This document shows positions 30,746 to 40,428 of a DNA stretch of 64,000 bases, in pieces. The stretch is from the NCBI GenBank assembly GCA_966212105.1, contig CBIHPH010000004.1, positions 6,935 through 70,934 of the forward strand, written 5' to 3'. How positions within the stretch are numbered: the stretch's first letter is position 1; every line of letters begins with the position of its first letter. Below the pieces are notes generated by a model. It was not told the origin of the DNA, ran no database searches, and worked only from the letters and a program-made list of their open reading frames with translations. Both the position numbers and the translations under genes were made by a program. The stretch comes from an uncultured Rhizobacter sp. Lineage in GTDB: Bacteria > Pseudomonadota > Gammaproteobacteria > Burkholderiales > Burkholderiaceae_C.

Positions 30746-31332
30746 GAGGCATTCCTTCAGTCATCGGGCTGATGCCGGCCTGCCGCCGGCACACGCCATC
30801 GCGCGGGCTGGGGGCCCGGCGATCTGAGGTTTGCGCAAAAAGGGTGAAAGTGATCGCCGGGCTCAGTGATGTGCGGCCGGCAGACAGGTGTTTGTCCTCG
30901 CCCGGGTGCGCAGGGCGCGCGCATGCAGCCAGGAAGCAGCACGGGTGGCCACTTGGCAAGGTGCAGCCCGAAGGGCGGAGATGAGGAGGACGTCAGACAT
31001 GCAGTCACTCTAGTGGTGTCGCCTTGTTCCCGCAACGAACAGGGCGGATGTCGCACTGCAGCGTGGGCGTATTGCGGCTGGGCCCGGTGAGCTTGCCCGA
31101 GCTGGCGCCGGTTCGCCTGCGCCGTGGCCTTGACGCTGCGCACAAGCAAGGCTGCTGCATCGCGTTGCCTGGTTTGCCGCCTGTGCAACAAAGGGTCTTT
31201 TTCCATCGAAGGAAAGCTCCTAGACTACCTGGGCAGTCCAGGGGGTTGAACACAACATCGAGCCGATCACGGAGGTGATCGCTTCTGCCGGTCCACGGCC
31301 TCCTGCAGCGTTGAACGACACGGGAGGCTCAC

Positions 31333-31779
31333 GTGGAGGATCGCAGCACAGGGCTGTCGCTGGTGTGCCGGGTGCAGGCCCGGTTGTGTGCGCTGCCACT
31401 CGAGCACGTGGTGGAGACCATGCGGCCTTTGGCCGTGGAGCCACTGGCCAATGCACCGTCCTTTGTGTTGGGTCTGGCGGTGGTTCGGGGTGAACCGCTG
31501 GCCGTGGTCGATGCCGCGCGGGTGATGGGCATGCAGGACGCGCCCATCGGGCGTTTCGTGACGGTCGCTGTCGGTGTGCGTCGCATCGCCCTCGCTGTGG
31601 GTGATGTCGTGGGCATGCGGCGGTTGCCGCCCGGTTCGCTGCGCGCGTTGCCGCCCTTGTTGCATGAGGCGGCCGGTGACGTCGTGGATGCCGTCGGCCT
31701 GCTCGATGCGGAGCTGCTGCTCATGCTGCGCAGCGCGCGCTTGCTGCCTGACGACGTGCCGGAGGGAGCTCGGGCATGA
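31333..31779 (+). CDS. cheW: CheW-family coupling protein
   Basis: CALPLEHVVETMRPL...APSFVLGLAVVRGEPLAVVD...RIALAVGDV; GTG start with GGAGG RBS. Confidence 0.88.
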   Translation: MEDRSTGLSLVCRVQARLCALPLEHVVETMRPLAVEPLANAPSFVLGLAVVRGEPLAVVDAARVMGMQDAPIGRFVTVAVGVRRIALAVGDVVGMRRLPPGSLRALPPLLHEAAGDVVDAVGLLDAELLLMLRSARLLPDDVPEGARA

Positions 31780-33290
31780 ACGCCTCGGTGAGCCCGGGCG
31801 ACGTCGAGCAGTTCAGGGAACTGATCGTTCGCCAGCTCGGGCTTCAGTTCGACGATGCCAAGCTCGGCTGGCTCGCGGAGGTGTTGCAGCGTCGATGTGG
31901 GCATCGGCCGTGCGGGCGTTACCTGGCCCAGCTTGCCGGTGCGGGCGCCGATGGCGAGTTCGCCGCGCTGGCGCCGGAGTTGACGGTTGCAGAGACCTAC
32001 TTTTTTCGCCACGTCGACCAGTTCCACGCACTCCGCGAGCGCGTGGCGTCCATGGAACCTGAGGCACTGGCGGGCAAGCGGCGCCTGCAGATCCTGTCCG
32101 CCGGCTGTGCATCGGGTGAAGAGGCGTATTCGATCGCCATGATGCTGTGGGATGTGGTGGGCGAGCCTTCCCGACAGTTGAGCATCCACGCCGTGGACCT
32201 GAACCCGCTGATGATCGGCAAGGCGCGCCTCGCGCGCTATACGCCATGGGCATTGAGGGAGACACCGCAGTCCATGCGGGAGCGCTGGTTCCGCCGGGAG
32301 GGCAGCGAATGGGTGCTCGATGACCGTGTGCGCGCGGCGGTGACGTTCGAGGTGCGCAATCTGTGTGAGGACAACGCGGCGTTGTGGCTGCCTCAACGGT
32401 ACGACTTCGTTTTCTGCCGCAATGTGCTGATGTACTTCGAGCCGCTGCGCGCGCAGGAGCTGGTCGGGCGCATCACGCATTCCCTGGTGCCGGGCGGCTG
32501 TTTGTTTCTGGGGCATGCGGAGACGTTGCGTGGGCTGTCGGAGGCGTATTACCTGAGGCATGTGCATCGCAGCTTCCACTATGAGCGCAAGAGGGGGGTC
32601 TTCGACGCCGGTGTGGCCGATGTCGCGCCATCCATGGCGCGCACGTGGCATGCCGGGGCTGCGCAGGCCCCAGCCATCGACGGGGTCGACAACTGGGTGG
32701 AGTTGATCGGCAAGGCCGCCGAGCGCGTCGGCGTGCTTTCGGCAAAGGCCGAAGCTGCGCCCGTCAGAGTGGCGCCGGGCAACGATCGGCAATGGCTGGA
32801 CCGTGCATTCTCCTTCTTCGAGCAGGAACGTTTCGCAGAGGCACTCCAGCTGATGGAGTCGTTCCCCGAGGCCGCGGGCCGAAACCCCGAGGCGATGCTG
32901 TTGCATGCGGTGCTGCTCGTGCATGTGGGGCGCCTTGCGCCCGCCGAAGAAGTCTGCCATCGATTGCTGGCGATGGATGAGCTGAATGCAGGCGCGCATT
33001 ACGTGCTGGCGTTGTGCCGGGAGGGGGTGGGAGACTGCGGCGGCGCGGCGGAACGGGATCAGATGGCGGCGCGGCTGGATCCGGGCTTTGCCATGCCACG
33101 CCTGCACCTCGGGCTGTTGGCCCGGCGCGCGGGCAATCGTGAAGCCCAGCGGCGCGAATTTGCAAAGGCCAAGGCATTGCTCGAGCGTGAAGATGCGTCG
33201 CGCCTGATGTTGTTTGGCGGTGGGTTCGGTCGCGATGCGCTGCTCGGGCTGTGCCGGGCCGAACTGGCAGCCTGCGGGGCACCGGCATGA
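31776..33290 (+). CDS. cheR: CheR methyltransferase with C-terminal TPR (WspC-like)
   Basis: LTVAETYFFR, SAGCASGEEAYSIAM, YDFVFCRNVLMYF and LFLGHAE, then TPR-like helices. Confidence 0.93.
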   Translation: MNASVSPGDVEQFRELIVRQLGLQFDDAKLGWLAEVLQRRCGHRPCGRYLAQLAGAGADGEFAALAPELTVAETYFFRHVDQFHALRERVASMEPEALAGKRRLQILSAGCASGEEAYSIAMMLWDVVGEPSRQLSIHAVDLNPLMIGKARLARYTPWALRETPQSMRERWFRREGSEWVLDDRVRAAVTFEVRNLCEDNAALWLPQRYDFVFCRNVLMYFEPLRAQELVGRITHSLVPGGCLFLGHAETLRGLSEAYYLRHVHRSFHYERKRGVFDAGVADVAPSMARTWHAGAAQAPAIDGVDNWVELIGKAAERVGVLSAKAEAAPVRVAPGNDRQWLDRAFSFFEQERFAEALQLMESFPEAAGRNPEAMLLHAVLLVHVGRLAPAEEVCHRLLAMDELNAGAHYVLALCREGVGDCGGAAERDQMAARLDPGFAMPRLHLGLLARRAGNREAQRREFAKAKALLEREDASRLMLFGGGFGRDALLGLCRAELAACGAPA

Positions 33291-33859
33291 GCGCGCGACC
33301 GATCGGGCTCCGTGCCGAGCAGATGCGCCGGGATTTCGATCGCCGGTTTGCCGAGTTGCCTTGCACCCGGGAGACGGCGCATGTGGACTTGCTTGGGATC
33401 CGCCTCAGTGGTGATCCCTACGCACTCCGGCTGGCCGATGTGGTCGGCCTCTTCGCCGACAAGCAGCTGACGCGCTGGCCGTGCGATGTGAGCGCATTCC
33501 TCGGGATCGCCGGTTTTCGAGGCAAGCTCCTTCCAGCGTACGACCTGGGGGCGCTGCTGGGCTATCCACCGGCCAGCACAGGGTTGCGATGGCTGGTGCT
33601 TGCGGCCGCGAGCCCGGTGGCGCTGGGCTTCGACGGGCTGGATGGCTGCTTGCGCCTGCCAGGCACATGCATTGCGCGGTCCCCGCCCGCCGAGGTGGTG
33701 CGGCCCCATGTCCATGAGCTGGTTCGGCTGCCCACAGACAGCGCACCGCAGGGTTCTTCCGTTCTTCGCCCGCTGGTGGACTTGGCGTCCGCGCTCACGG
33801 CGGTCAGGCAATGTGCCAGCGAAGGCAGTCCGCCATCACCACAGGAGCGACCATCATGA
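33287..33859 (+). CDS. cheW: Second CheW-family protein
   Basis: PYALRLADVVGL...FLGIAGFRGKLLPAYDLGALLG; ATGA-coupled to both neighbours. Confidence 0.82.
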   Translation: MSARPIGLRAEQMRRDFDRRFAELPCTRETAHVDLLGIRLSGDPYALRLADVVGLFADKQLTRWPCDVSAFLGIAGFRGKLLPAYDLGALLGYPPASTGLRWLVLAAASPVALGFDGLDGCLRLPGTCIARSPPAEVVRPHVHELVRLPTDSAPQGSSVLRPLVDLASALTAVRQCASEGSPPSPQERPS

Positions 33860-35331
33860 TCAGTCATTGGACGTTTACGCGGAAGATCAGCGCCGGCTTC
33901 GCGCTCGTGGTGGCGCTGGCGCTGGCCATCGCCGTGGCATCGGTCTACGCATTGAACCGCGTGGCGGACAGCAACGAGCTGCTCAACACCCGGCATGTGC
34001 AGTCGCTGCTGGATGCCGAGCGGCTGCATGCTTTCGTGGAACGCAAGGTGGCGGCTGCCCGAGGGTTCCTGCTCACCCGCGAAGAACCTTACTTGCTGCG
34101 AACCCGGGAGGCACGCGCGGAGTTCCTGGACATCATCGACAAGCTGCGGCGTGGCGCCCAAAGTGACGTGCAGCGGCGACTGATCGATGCCCTGGCGCAG
34201 GCCGAGGTCGAGCACCAGCAGGCCTTCGAGCGTGTGTTCTCGCTCCAGCGAGGCGGTGGTACCTTGGACGCCGTGGTCCGTGGCTTCGAAGAATGGGTCG
34301 CGCCCAAGAGGGCGACGCTGGACGAGCACCTGCGTGCCTACATTTCCGAAGAGGAGCAAGCGCTCAAGGAGGCCAGACAGGCGTCCACAGACGAAGCGTC
34401 GGTCGCCATCGACCTGATGGCGGGCGTGGCGTTGGCCGTGGTTGCACTGGCGATGGCCGTGGCCTTCTTGCTGGCCCGTGTGCTTGGGCGGCAGATCGGC
34501 ACGGCGGTCAGCCATGTCCAGAGTTCCTCGGCCGAACTGCAGGCCACGGCCAACCAGCAGGCTGCCGGCGCCAAGGAGCAGGCCACGGCCATGAGTGAGA
34601 TCACCACCACCATCAGCGAGTTGCTGGCGACGTCCCGCCAGATCGCCCAGAGCGCCCAGCGGGTGGCGCAGATCGCCGAGCAGACGATGGCCGCGGCCCG
34701 CAGCGGGGAGGGCACGGTCGACGGTGCCCATGAATCGATTGCCGGCATCCGGCGGCAGGTGGACCTGATCGTCGGGCACATGCTCGAGCTGGGCAAGAAA
34801 TCGCAGCAGATCGGCAGCGTGCTCGACATCGTCCTCGAACTTGCCGAGCAGACCAACATCCTGGCGATCAACGCCACGATCGAAGCGGCCGGTGCGGGTG
34901 ACGCGGGCCGGCGCTTCGCCGTGGTGGCCGATGAGATTCGTGATCTTGCCGACCGCGTCGGGGCGTCGACCAAGGAGATCCGCACCCTGATCGACGACGT
35001 CCGCAGTGCCGTTAACACCACGGTGATGGCCACCGAGACCGGCTCGAAGGCCGTGGACACAGGCTCCGGGCAGTTCAGCGAAGTCACCGCGGCGTTCAAG
35101 CAGATCGCGGCACTCGTGGCCACCACCACGGAGGCGGCGCGCGAGATCGAGCTGTCGACCAAGCAGCAAAGCAGTGCCGTGGAGCAGGTCAATGTGGCCA
35201 TCGCGGGCGTGGCGCAGACGACGCGCGAATCCGAAGCGAGCTCCGGCCAGACGCTGGAGACGGTGTCGCAGCTGGCCAGCCTGTCCCGAGACCTGTTGCG
35301 CCTGGTGCAGCCGCAGGCCGCGGCTGCCTGA
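33856..35331 (+). CDS. Methyl-accepting chemotaxis protein with CHASE3-like periplasmic domain
   Basis: Two TM segments, RGFLLT.EEPYL sensor motif and the signalling tip LAEQTNILAINATIEAAGAGDAGRRFAVVADEIRDLA. Confidence 0.94.
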   Translation: MISHWTFTRKISAGFALVVALALAIAVASVYALNRVADSNELLNTRHVQSLLDAERLHAFVERKVAAARGFLLTREEPYLLRTREARAEFLDIIDKLRRGAQSDVQRRLIDALAQAEVEHQQAFERVFSLQRGGGTLDAVVRGFEEWVAPKRATLDEHLRAYISEEEQALKEARQASTDEASVAIDLMAGVALAVVALAMAVAFLLARVLGRQIGTAVSHVQSSSAELQATANQQAAGAKEQATAMSEITTTISELLATSRQIAQSAQRVAQIAEQTMAAARSGEGTVDGAHESIAGIRRQVDLIVGHMLELGKKSQQIGSVLDIVLELAEQTNILAINATIEAAGAGDAGRRFAVVADEIRDLADRVGASTKEIRTLIDDVRSAVNTTVMATETGSKAVDTGSGQFSEVTAAFKQIAALVATTTEAAREIELSTKQQSSAVEQVNVAIAGVAQTTRESEASSGQTLETVSQLASLSRDLLRLVQPQAAAA

Positions 35332-35334
35332 TGT

Positions 35335-37368
35335 ATGGCCAAGGACCCGTATCAGTATTTCCGCGTCGAGGCGCGTGAACTGATCGAGCAACTCGGTCAG
35401 GGAGCGTTCGAACTCGAGCGCGGCGGTGCACCTTCTTCGGTGGTGCCGCGCCTGCTGCGCGTGGCGCACACGCTCAAGGGAGCGGCTCGCGTCGTGAAGC
35501 AGACCGACATCGCCAACCATGCGCATGCCATCGAAGACGTGCTGGCGCCCTGGCGCGATGCGCAGGAGGCGGCGCCCAGGGAGTGCATCGACGCCGTGCT
35601 GGCGCGCGTCGACCAGATGGCCGGCCTGGCTGCGGCATTGACGCCCGGCGGGGAAGCTGCGTCGCCTGACCGGGCGCCCCCTGCGGAGACGTTGCGCACG
35701 GTGCGCGCCGATGTGGCCGAGGTGGACGCCCTGGTCAACGGCGTGGGCGAGACGCATGCCCAGGTCGAAGGCCTGCGGCTTCGCCTGTCCGCCCTGGTAC
35801 AGGCCGAATCGCTTGCCGAGCGGCTGCAGGTGCAATTGACGCGATCGGGCGGGACGGCGCCGTGCGGGCGCAAGACACAGGCGCTGGCGGAAGAACTGCG
35901 GCGGTTGATCGGCACCTGTTTGCAGACCTCCGGCACCTCGATCGAGCGATTGGACCGAGAGCAGCGTCAGGTGCGTGATGTGGCCGAGCAAATGCGCCTC
36001 GTGCCGGCCGGTGCGTTGTTCCCGATGCTCGAACGGGGTGCGCGCGATGCCGCGCAGGCGTTGGGCAAGCGTGTCGTCTTCGAGGGCCGTGGCGTGGATG
36101 TCCGGCTCGACGCCGCGGTGCTCGATGCAGTGCAGGGTGCATTGCTGCAACTTGTGCGCAATGGGGTGGCCCATGGCATCGAAACCGTGGGCGAGCGCCT
36201 CGCGGCGCGCAAACCCGTCGACGGGCGCATCACCGTCGAGGTGCTGCGGCGTGGCAGGCGCGTGGTGTTCCGATGCAGTGACGATGGCGCCGGCGTCGAT
36301 GTAGAGGCGGTGCGACGCAACGCGCAACGCAAAGGTCTGCTGGGCGGCGAACAGCAGGCGCTGGATGCCCAGGCGCTGTTGCGCCTGATGCTGCACGGCG
36401 GCCTGAGCACCAGCGCCGGCGTCACCGAGGTGGCCGGGCGCGGCATCGGCCTGGATGTGGTGCGGGAGGCCGCCGAGCGCCTGGGCGGCGAGGTCGGCCT
36501 GCAAACCTCCGCGGGCCGCGGCACGTCCTTGGAGCTCACGGTGCCGCTGTCCCTGGCTTCCGTCGAAGCGCTGATGCTGGAGGCCGGAGGCATGGTGGTT
36601 GCGATCCCGCTCGATGCCGTGCGGCGGACCTTGCGCCTTGGGCCCGAGCAGATCGCCAGGACGGCCCAGGGCGACACCATCGTCTTCGACGACGGCGTCA
36701 TTCCGCATCTCGCCTTGTCACAGGTGTTGAAGGGGGGCGCGCGGCTGCGCCCGAACGGCCCCACCACGGCCGTGGTGGTGGAGGACGATGGCCGACGGGT
36801 GGCCATCGGCATCGATCGCCTGATCGGCACGGCCAAGCTCGTGCTGCGCCCCTTGCCCGCGGGTGTCCCGGCCAGCCCGCTGGTCGCCGGAGCCACCCTG
36901 GATGTGCGCGGCGATCCGCAACTCGTGCTCGATCCCGAGGGGCTGGTGCGTCAGGCGCAAGGTTCCGTGGGAGCGCCGCCACCCGTGCCACCGCCGCGCA
37001 TGCCGGTGCTGGTGATCGACGATTCGTTGACCACGCGCATGCTGGAGCAAAGCATTCTTGAATCGGCCGGCTACGAAGTGCATGCCGCGGTATCGGCCGA
37101 AGAGGGGCTGGAGCAGGCCCGGCGCTGCCCCTATGCGTTGTTCCTCGTCGATGTGGAGATGCCCGGCATGGACGGGTTCACCTTCGTCGAGCGTACGCGC
37201 GCCGATCCTGCGCTGCGGGATGTGCCGGCGGTGCTCGTCACGTCGCGTTCGTCCGCCGAGGATCGCAGGCGGGGGCAAGACGTGGGGGCCAGCGCCTACA
37301 TCGTCAAGAGCGAATTCGCCCAAGGCGAGTTTCTCGACCGCGTGCGGGAATTGGTGAGTCAGCCATGA
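35335..37368 (+). CDS. cheA: CheA-type kinase with C-terminal receiver (WspE-like)
   Basis: Hpt HTLKGAAR, LVRNGVAHGIE, DDGAGVD, GRGIGLDVV, a CheW domain and the REC motifs VLVIDDS...DVEMPGMDGF. Confidence 0.94.
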   Translation: MAKDPYQYFRVEARELIEQLGQGAFELERGGAPSSVVPRLLRVAHTLKGAARVVKQTDIANHAHAIEDVLAPWRDAQEAAPRECIDAVLARVDQMAGLAAALTPGGEAASPDRAPPAETLRTVRADVAEVDALVNGVGETHAQVEGLRLRLSALVQAESLAERLQVQLTRSGGTAPCGRKTQALAEELRRLIGTCLQTSGTSIERLDREQRQVRDVAEQMRLVPAGALFPMLERGARDAAQALGKRVVFEGRGVDVRLDAAVLDAVQGALLQLVRNGVAHGIETVGERLAARKPVDGRITVEVLRRGRRVVFRCSDDGAGVDVEAVRRNAQRKGLLGGEQQALDAQALLRLMLHGGLSTSAGVTEVAGRGIGLDVVREAAERLGGEVGLQTSAGRGTSLELTVPLSLASVEALMLEAGGMVVAIPLDAVRRTLRLGPEQIARTAQGDTIVFDDGVIPHLALSQVLKGGARLRPNGPTTAVVVEDDGRRVAIGIDRLIGTAKLVLRPLPAGVPASPLVAGATLDVRGDPQLVLDPEGLVRQAQGSVGAPPPVPPPRMPVLVIDDSLTTRMLEQSILESAGYEVHAAVSAEEGLEQARRCPYALFLVDVEMPGMDGFTFVERTRADPALRDVPAVLVTSRSSAEDRRRGQDVGASAYIVKSEFAQGEFLDRVRELVSQP

Positions 37369-38450
37369 TCCGCGTGCTGGTGGTCGAAGATTCCGTCACC
37401 GTGCGCAAGCGGCTGTGCGCGGTGCTGGCGGCCGACGCCGACATGGAGGTCGTCGGTGAGGCCGGAGATGGCCATGAGGCGATCGAACGCTGCCTCGCGC
37501 TGCGGCCGGACGTGTTGACCATGGACATGGTGCTGCCGCACCTGAGCGGGCTGTCGGCCACCGAATACATCATGGCGCATTGCCCGACGCCCATCCTCGT
37601 CATCTCGTCACCGCTCAACCGAGGCGAGCTGCTCGACACCTGCGATGCCCTGGCCGCAGGCGCCGTGGATGTGCTGGACAAGCCCGAGGGCAACGAGCCC
37701 GACGGGCAGTGGGAGCAGCGCCTTGTCGCCTCCGTGAAGCTGGTGGCCCGGATCCGCGTCATCACGCATTTGCGCGCCAGGCTCGCCGCGGCGGTGCAAC
37801 CGGTTCCGACGGCGCCACCAGCCGTCTCCGTGCAACTGCCGCAGCGCCCGCGATGTGCGCTGATCGCCATCGGCGCTTCGACGGGCGGGCCGGGGGCCAT
37901 CGCCGAAGTGCTGCGTCGGCTGCCGTCACAGGTGCGCGCCCCGGTGCTGCTGGTGCTGCACATCAATGAGCCCTTCGGCAGTGCTTTTGCCGAATGGCTG
38001 GACGGGCAGACCGCGCGCCCCGTGGGCTATGCGCAAGATGGCGAACCGTTGCCCGCGGCCGCGGGGCGGGTGCTGATGGCCCCGCCCGATCGCCATCTCG
38101 TGGTGCAGGGAGGGCGCCTGCGGCTGACGCGGGATGCCGAGCGCAATGCCTGTCGTCCCTCCGTGGACGTGCTGTTCGAATCCGTCGCCCGGGACGGTTC
38201 GGCGGCCGCTGCTGCCGCCTGCCTGCTCACCGGCATGGGGCGTGACGGCGCCGCCGGCCTGCTGGCCGTGCGCCGCGCCGGCGGTCGCACCATCGCGCAG
38301 GACGAGGCCACCTCCGTGGTCTATGGCATGCCGCGTGAAGCGGCCCTGCTCGGCGCTGCCGAACGCGTGCTGCCGCTGGGGGAGATCGGTCCGACGCTCG
38401 GGGCCTGGGCCATGTCCCCACCGTGGTCCAAGGAGTCGCCTGATGAATGA
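37365..38450 (+). CDS. cheB: CheB methylesterase (REC plus esterase)
   Basis: IRVLVVEDS, IGASTGGP, VLHI, RPSVDVLFES, LTGMGRDGA and AQDEATSVVYGMP. Confidence 0.95.
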   Translation: MIRVLVVEDSVTVRKRLCAVLAADADMEVVGEAGDGHEAIERCLALRPDVLTMDMVLPHLSGLSATEYIMAHCPTPILVISSPLNRGELLDTCDALAAGAVDVLDKPEGNEPDGQWEQRLVASVKLVARIRVITHLRARLAAAVQPVPTAPPAVSVQLPQRPRCALIAIGASTGGPGAIAEVLRRLPSQVRAPVLLVLHINEPFGSAFAEWLDGQTARPVGYAQDGEPLPAAAGRVLMAPPDRHLVVQGGRLRLTRDAERNACRPSVDVLFESVARDGSAAAAAACLLTGMGRDGAAGLLAVRRAGGRTIAQDEATSVVYGMPREAALLGAAERVLPLGEIGPTLGAWAMSPPWSKESPDE

Positions 38451-40428
38451 CACCGTCCTCATCGTCGACGACAGCCTGACGGTGCGCATGGACTTGCACG
38501 ATGCGTTCGAGGCCGCCGGCTTTCACCCGCACGCCTGTGCCACGCTCGCTGCGGCTCGAGAGGCCCTGGTGCAAGGTGCATCCGACGTCATCGTGCTCGA
38601 TGTGGTGTTGCCCGACGGTGACGGCATCGAGCTGCTCAAGGAATTGCGTGCCGGCGAGGCGGCAGCGGATGCCGTGGTGCTGCTGCTGTCCAGCGAAGCC
38701 GAGGTGAAGGATCGCGTCCGCGGGCTGCGAACGGGCGCGGACGAGTACGTGGGCAAGCCTTACGACGTCGGCTATGTGGTCGCCAAGGCGCGGGAACTGC
38801 TGCGCGCCCAGCGCGGCGGCGATGCCGATGCCCGACCTGTCGTGCTGGTCGTGGAAGACAGCCCGATGTACCGCGAAACCTTGGGCAAGGCGCTGGAGGC
38901 GGCCGGTTACCGGGTGCGCATGGCCGTCAGCGGCGAAGAAGGCTTGCGCGCGGCCGCGGCCGCGCGGCCCGCGGCGATCATCGTCGACGACGTGCTGCCG
39001 GGCATCGACGGCACGACCGTCATCCGCCGCCTGCGGCTCGATGCCGCGCTGCGGGGCGTGCCCTGCCTGTTGTTGACCGGTGCCGAAGACCGCGATGCAG
39101 AGCTGCGCGCGCTGGATGCAGGCGCCGACGCATTCGTGCGCAAGGAGGAAGACATCGAAGTGATCCTCGCGCGGCTCGGCGCCGCACTTCGCAGCGCGAA
39201 GGGCAGCCTGGACGAAGCGGCCAGCCTGCTCGGCCCGAAAAAAGTCCTCGCGGTCGATGACAGCCCCACCCACCTGGCCGAACTTGCCGCCACGCTGCGC
39301 GACGACGGCTACGACGTGGTGCTCGCGCGATCCGGTGAAGAGGCGCTCGATCTGCTGGCGGTGCAGGCGGTCGACTGCATCTTGCTGGATCTGCTGATGC
39401 CGGGCCTGGGCGGCCGGGAGACCTGCCGGCGCATCAAATCCGCACCCATCGTGCGCGACATCCCGCTGATCATGCTGACCGCCCTCGACGACCGCAGCGC
39501 GATGCTCGATGGCCTGAGCGCCGGGGCGGATGATTACATCCAGAAAGCCGGCGAATTCGAGGTGCTCAAGGCCCGCGTGCGGGCGCAGATCCGCCGCAAG
39601 CATTTCGAAGACGAGAACCGCCGCATCCGCGAGGAGCTGCTGCGCGAGCGACTCGAAGCCGCGCAGGCCCGCGCCGCGCGCAACCTGGCCGAGACGCGTG
39701 CGCTTCTCGTGGAGGAACTGGAGCGCAAGAACAGGGAGCTTGAAGCCTTCAGCTACTCAGTGGCGCACGATCTGCGAGGCCCGCTGCGCAGCATCGATGG
39801 CCTGAGCTACGTGCTGCTTGAGCAATATGCCGACAAGCTCGACGGGAAAGGCGGAGACTACCTCAACCGGGTGCGGGCCTCGGCCAAGCGCATGGCCGAG
39901 CTGATCGACGACCTCCTGGAGTTGTCCCGGGTGAGCGCCACCGAACTGCGGCACCATCGGGTGGACCTCGCCAAGATTGCCCAGAACGTGGTGATGGATC
40001 TGCGTCACCGGGAGCCCGGGCGCGTGGTCGATGTGCGCATCCACGGCGGCCTGACCGTGATGGGCGACACGGGCCTCCTGAAGATCGTGCTGGAGAACCT
40101 GATTGGCAACGCCTGGAAGTTCACGGGCAAGAGCGAGGCGGCCAGGATCGAATGCGATGTGGTCGATTCGCCGCATGGCAAGGCGTTCGTCGTGCGCGAC
40201 AACGGTGTCGGGTTCGACATGGACTACAGCGACAAGCTCTTCGGCGTCTTCCAGCGCATGCACGCCCAGGAGGATTTCCCCGGAACGGGCATCGGGCTGG
40301 CGACTGTGCAGCGCATCGTGGAGCGCCACGGCGGCAAAGTGTGGGCGGAGAGCCGGGTCGGCGAAGGGGCGCGCTTTTACGTCGCCCTCCAGGTCAGCTC
40401 AACGCAGGTTGCCCGTGTGGCCGAGTGA
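38443..40428 (+). CDS. Histidine kinase with three N-terminal receiver domains
   Basis: Three REC starts (VLIVDDS, VLVVEDS, VLAVDDS); H-box ELEAFSYSVAHDLRGPL; NLIGNAWKFT, DNGVGF and GTGIGLATV. Confidence 0.92.
   Translation: MNDTVLIVDDSLTVRMDLHDAFEAAGFHPHACATLAAAREALVQGASDVIVLDVVLPDGDGIELLKELRAGEAAADAVVLLLSSEAEVKDRVRGLRTGADEYVGKPYDVGYVVAKARELLRAQRGGDADARPVVLVVEDSPMYRETLGKALEAAGYRVRMAVSGEEGLRAAAAARPAAIIVDDVLPGIDGTTVIRRLRLDAALRGVPCLLLTGAEDRDAELRALDAGADAFVRKEEDIEVILARLGAALRSAKGSLDEAASLLGPKKVLAVDDSPTHLAELAATLRDDGYDVVLARSGEEALDLLAVQAVDCILLDLLMPGLGGRETCRRIKSAPIVRDIPLIMLTALDDRSAMLDGLSAGADDYIQKAGEFEVLKARVRAQIRRKHFEDENRRIREELLRERLEAAQARAARNLAETRALLVEELERKNRELEAFSYSVAHDLRGPLRSIDGLSYVLLEQYADKLDGKGGDYLNRVRASAKRMAELIDDLLELSRVSATELRHHRVDLAKIAQNVVMDLRHREPGRVVDVRIHGGLTVMGDTGLLKIVLENLIGNAWKFTGKSEAARIECDVVDSPHGKAFVVRDNGVGFDMDYSDKLFGVFQRMHAQEDFPGTGIGLATVQRIVERHGGKVWAESRVGEGARFYVALQVSSTQVARVAE

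Noticed and set aside
30863..31000. 45-codon minus-strand ORF (MSDVLLISALRAAPCQ...) as a leader peptide for the Rnk-like gene
   Set aside because: Weak RBS and no recognisable family; cannot be supported from sequence alone.
31130..31143. FNR/CRP-like site TTGAC-N4-CGCAC upstream of the Rnk/USP genes
   Set aside because: Only one half-site matches well, and there is no clear -10 element at the expected spacing.
33562..36708. Long antisense ORFs (1048 aa here; also 56901-59657, 43910-45871, 58-1062 and others)
   Set aside because: These are shadow ORFs opposite well-supported genes, expected in high-GC DNA, and carry no family motifs.
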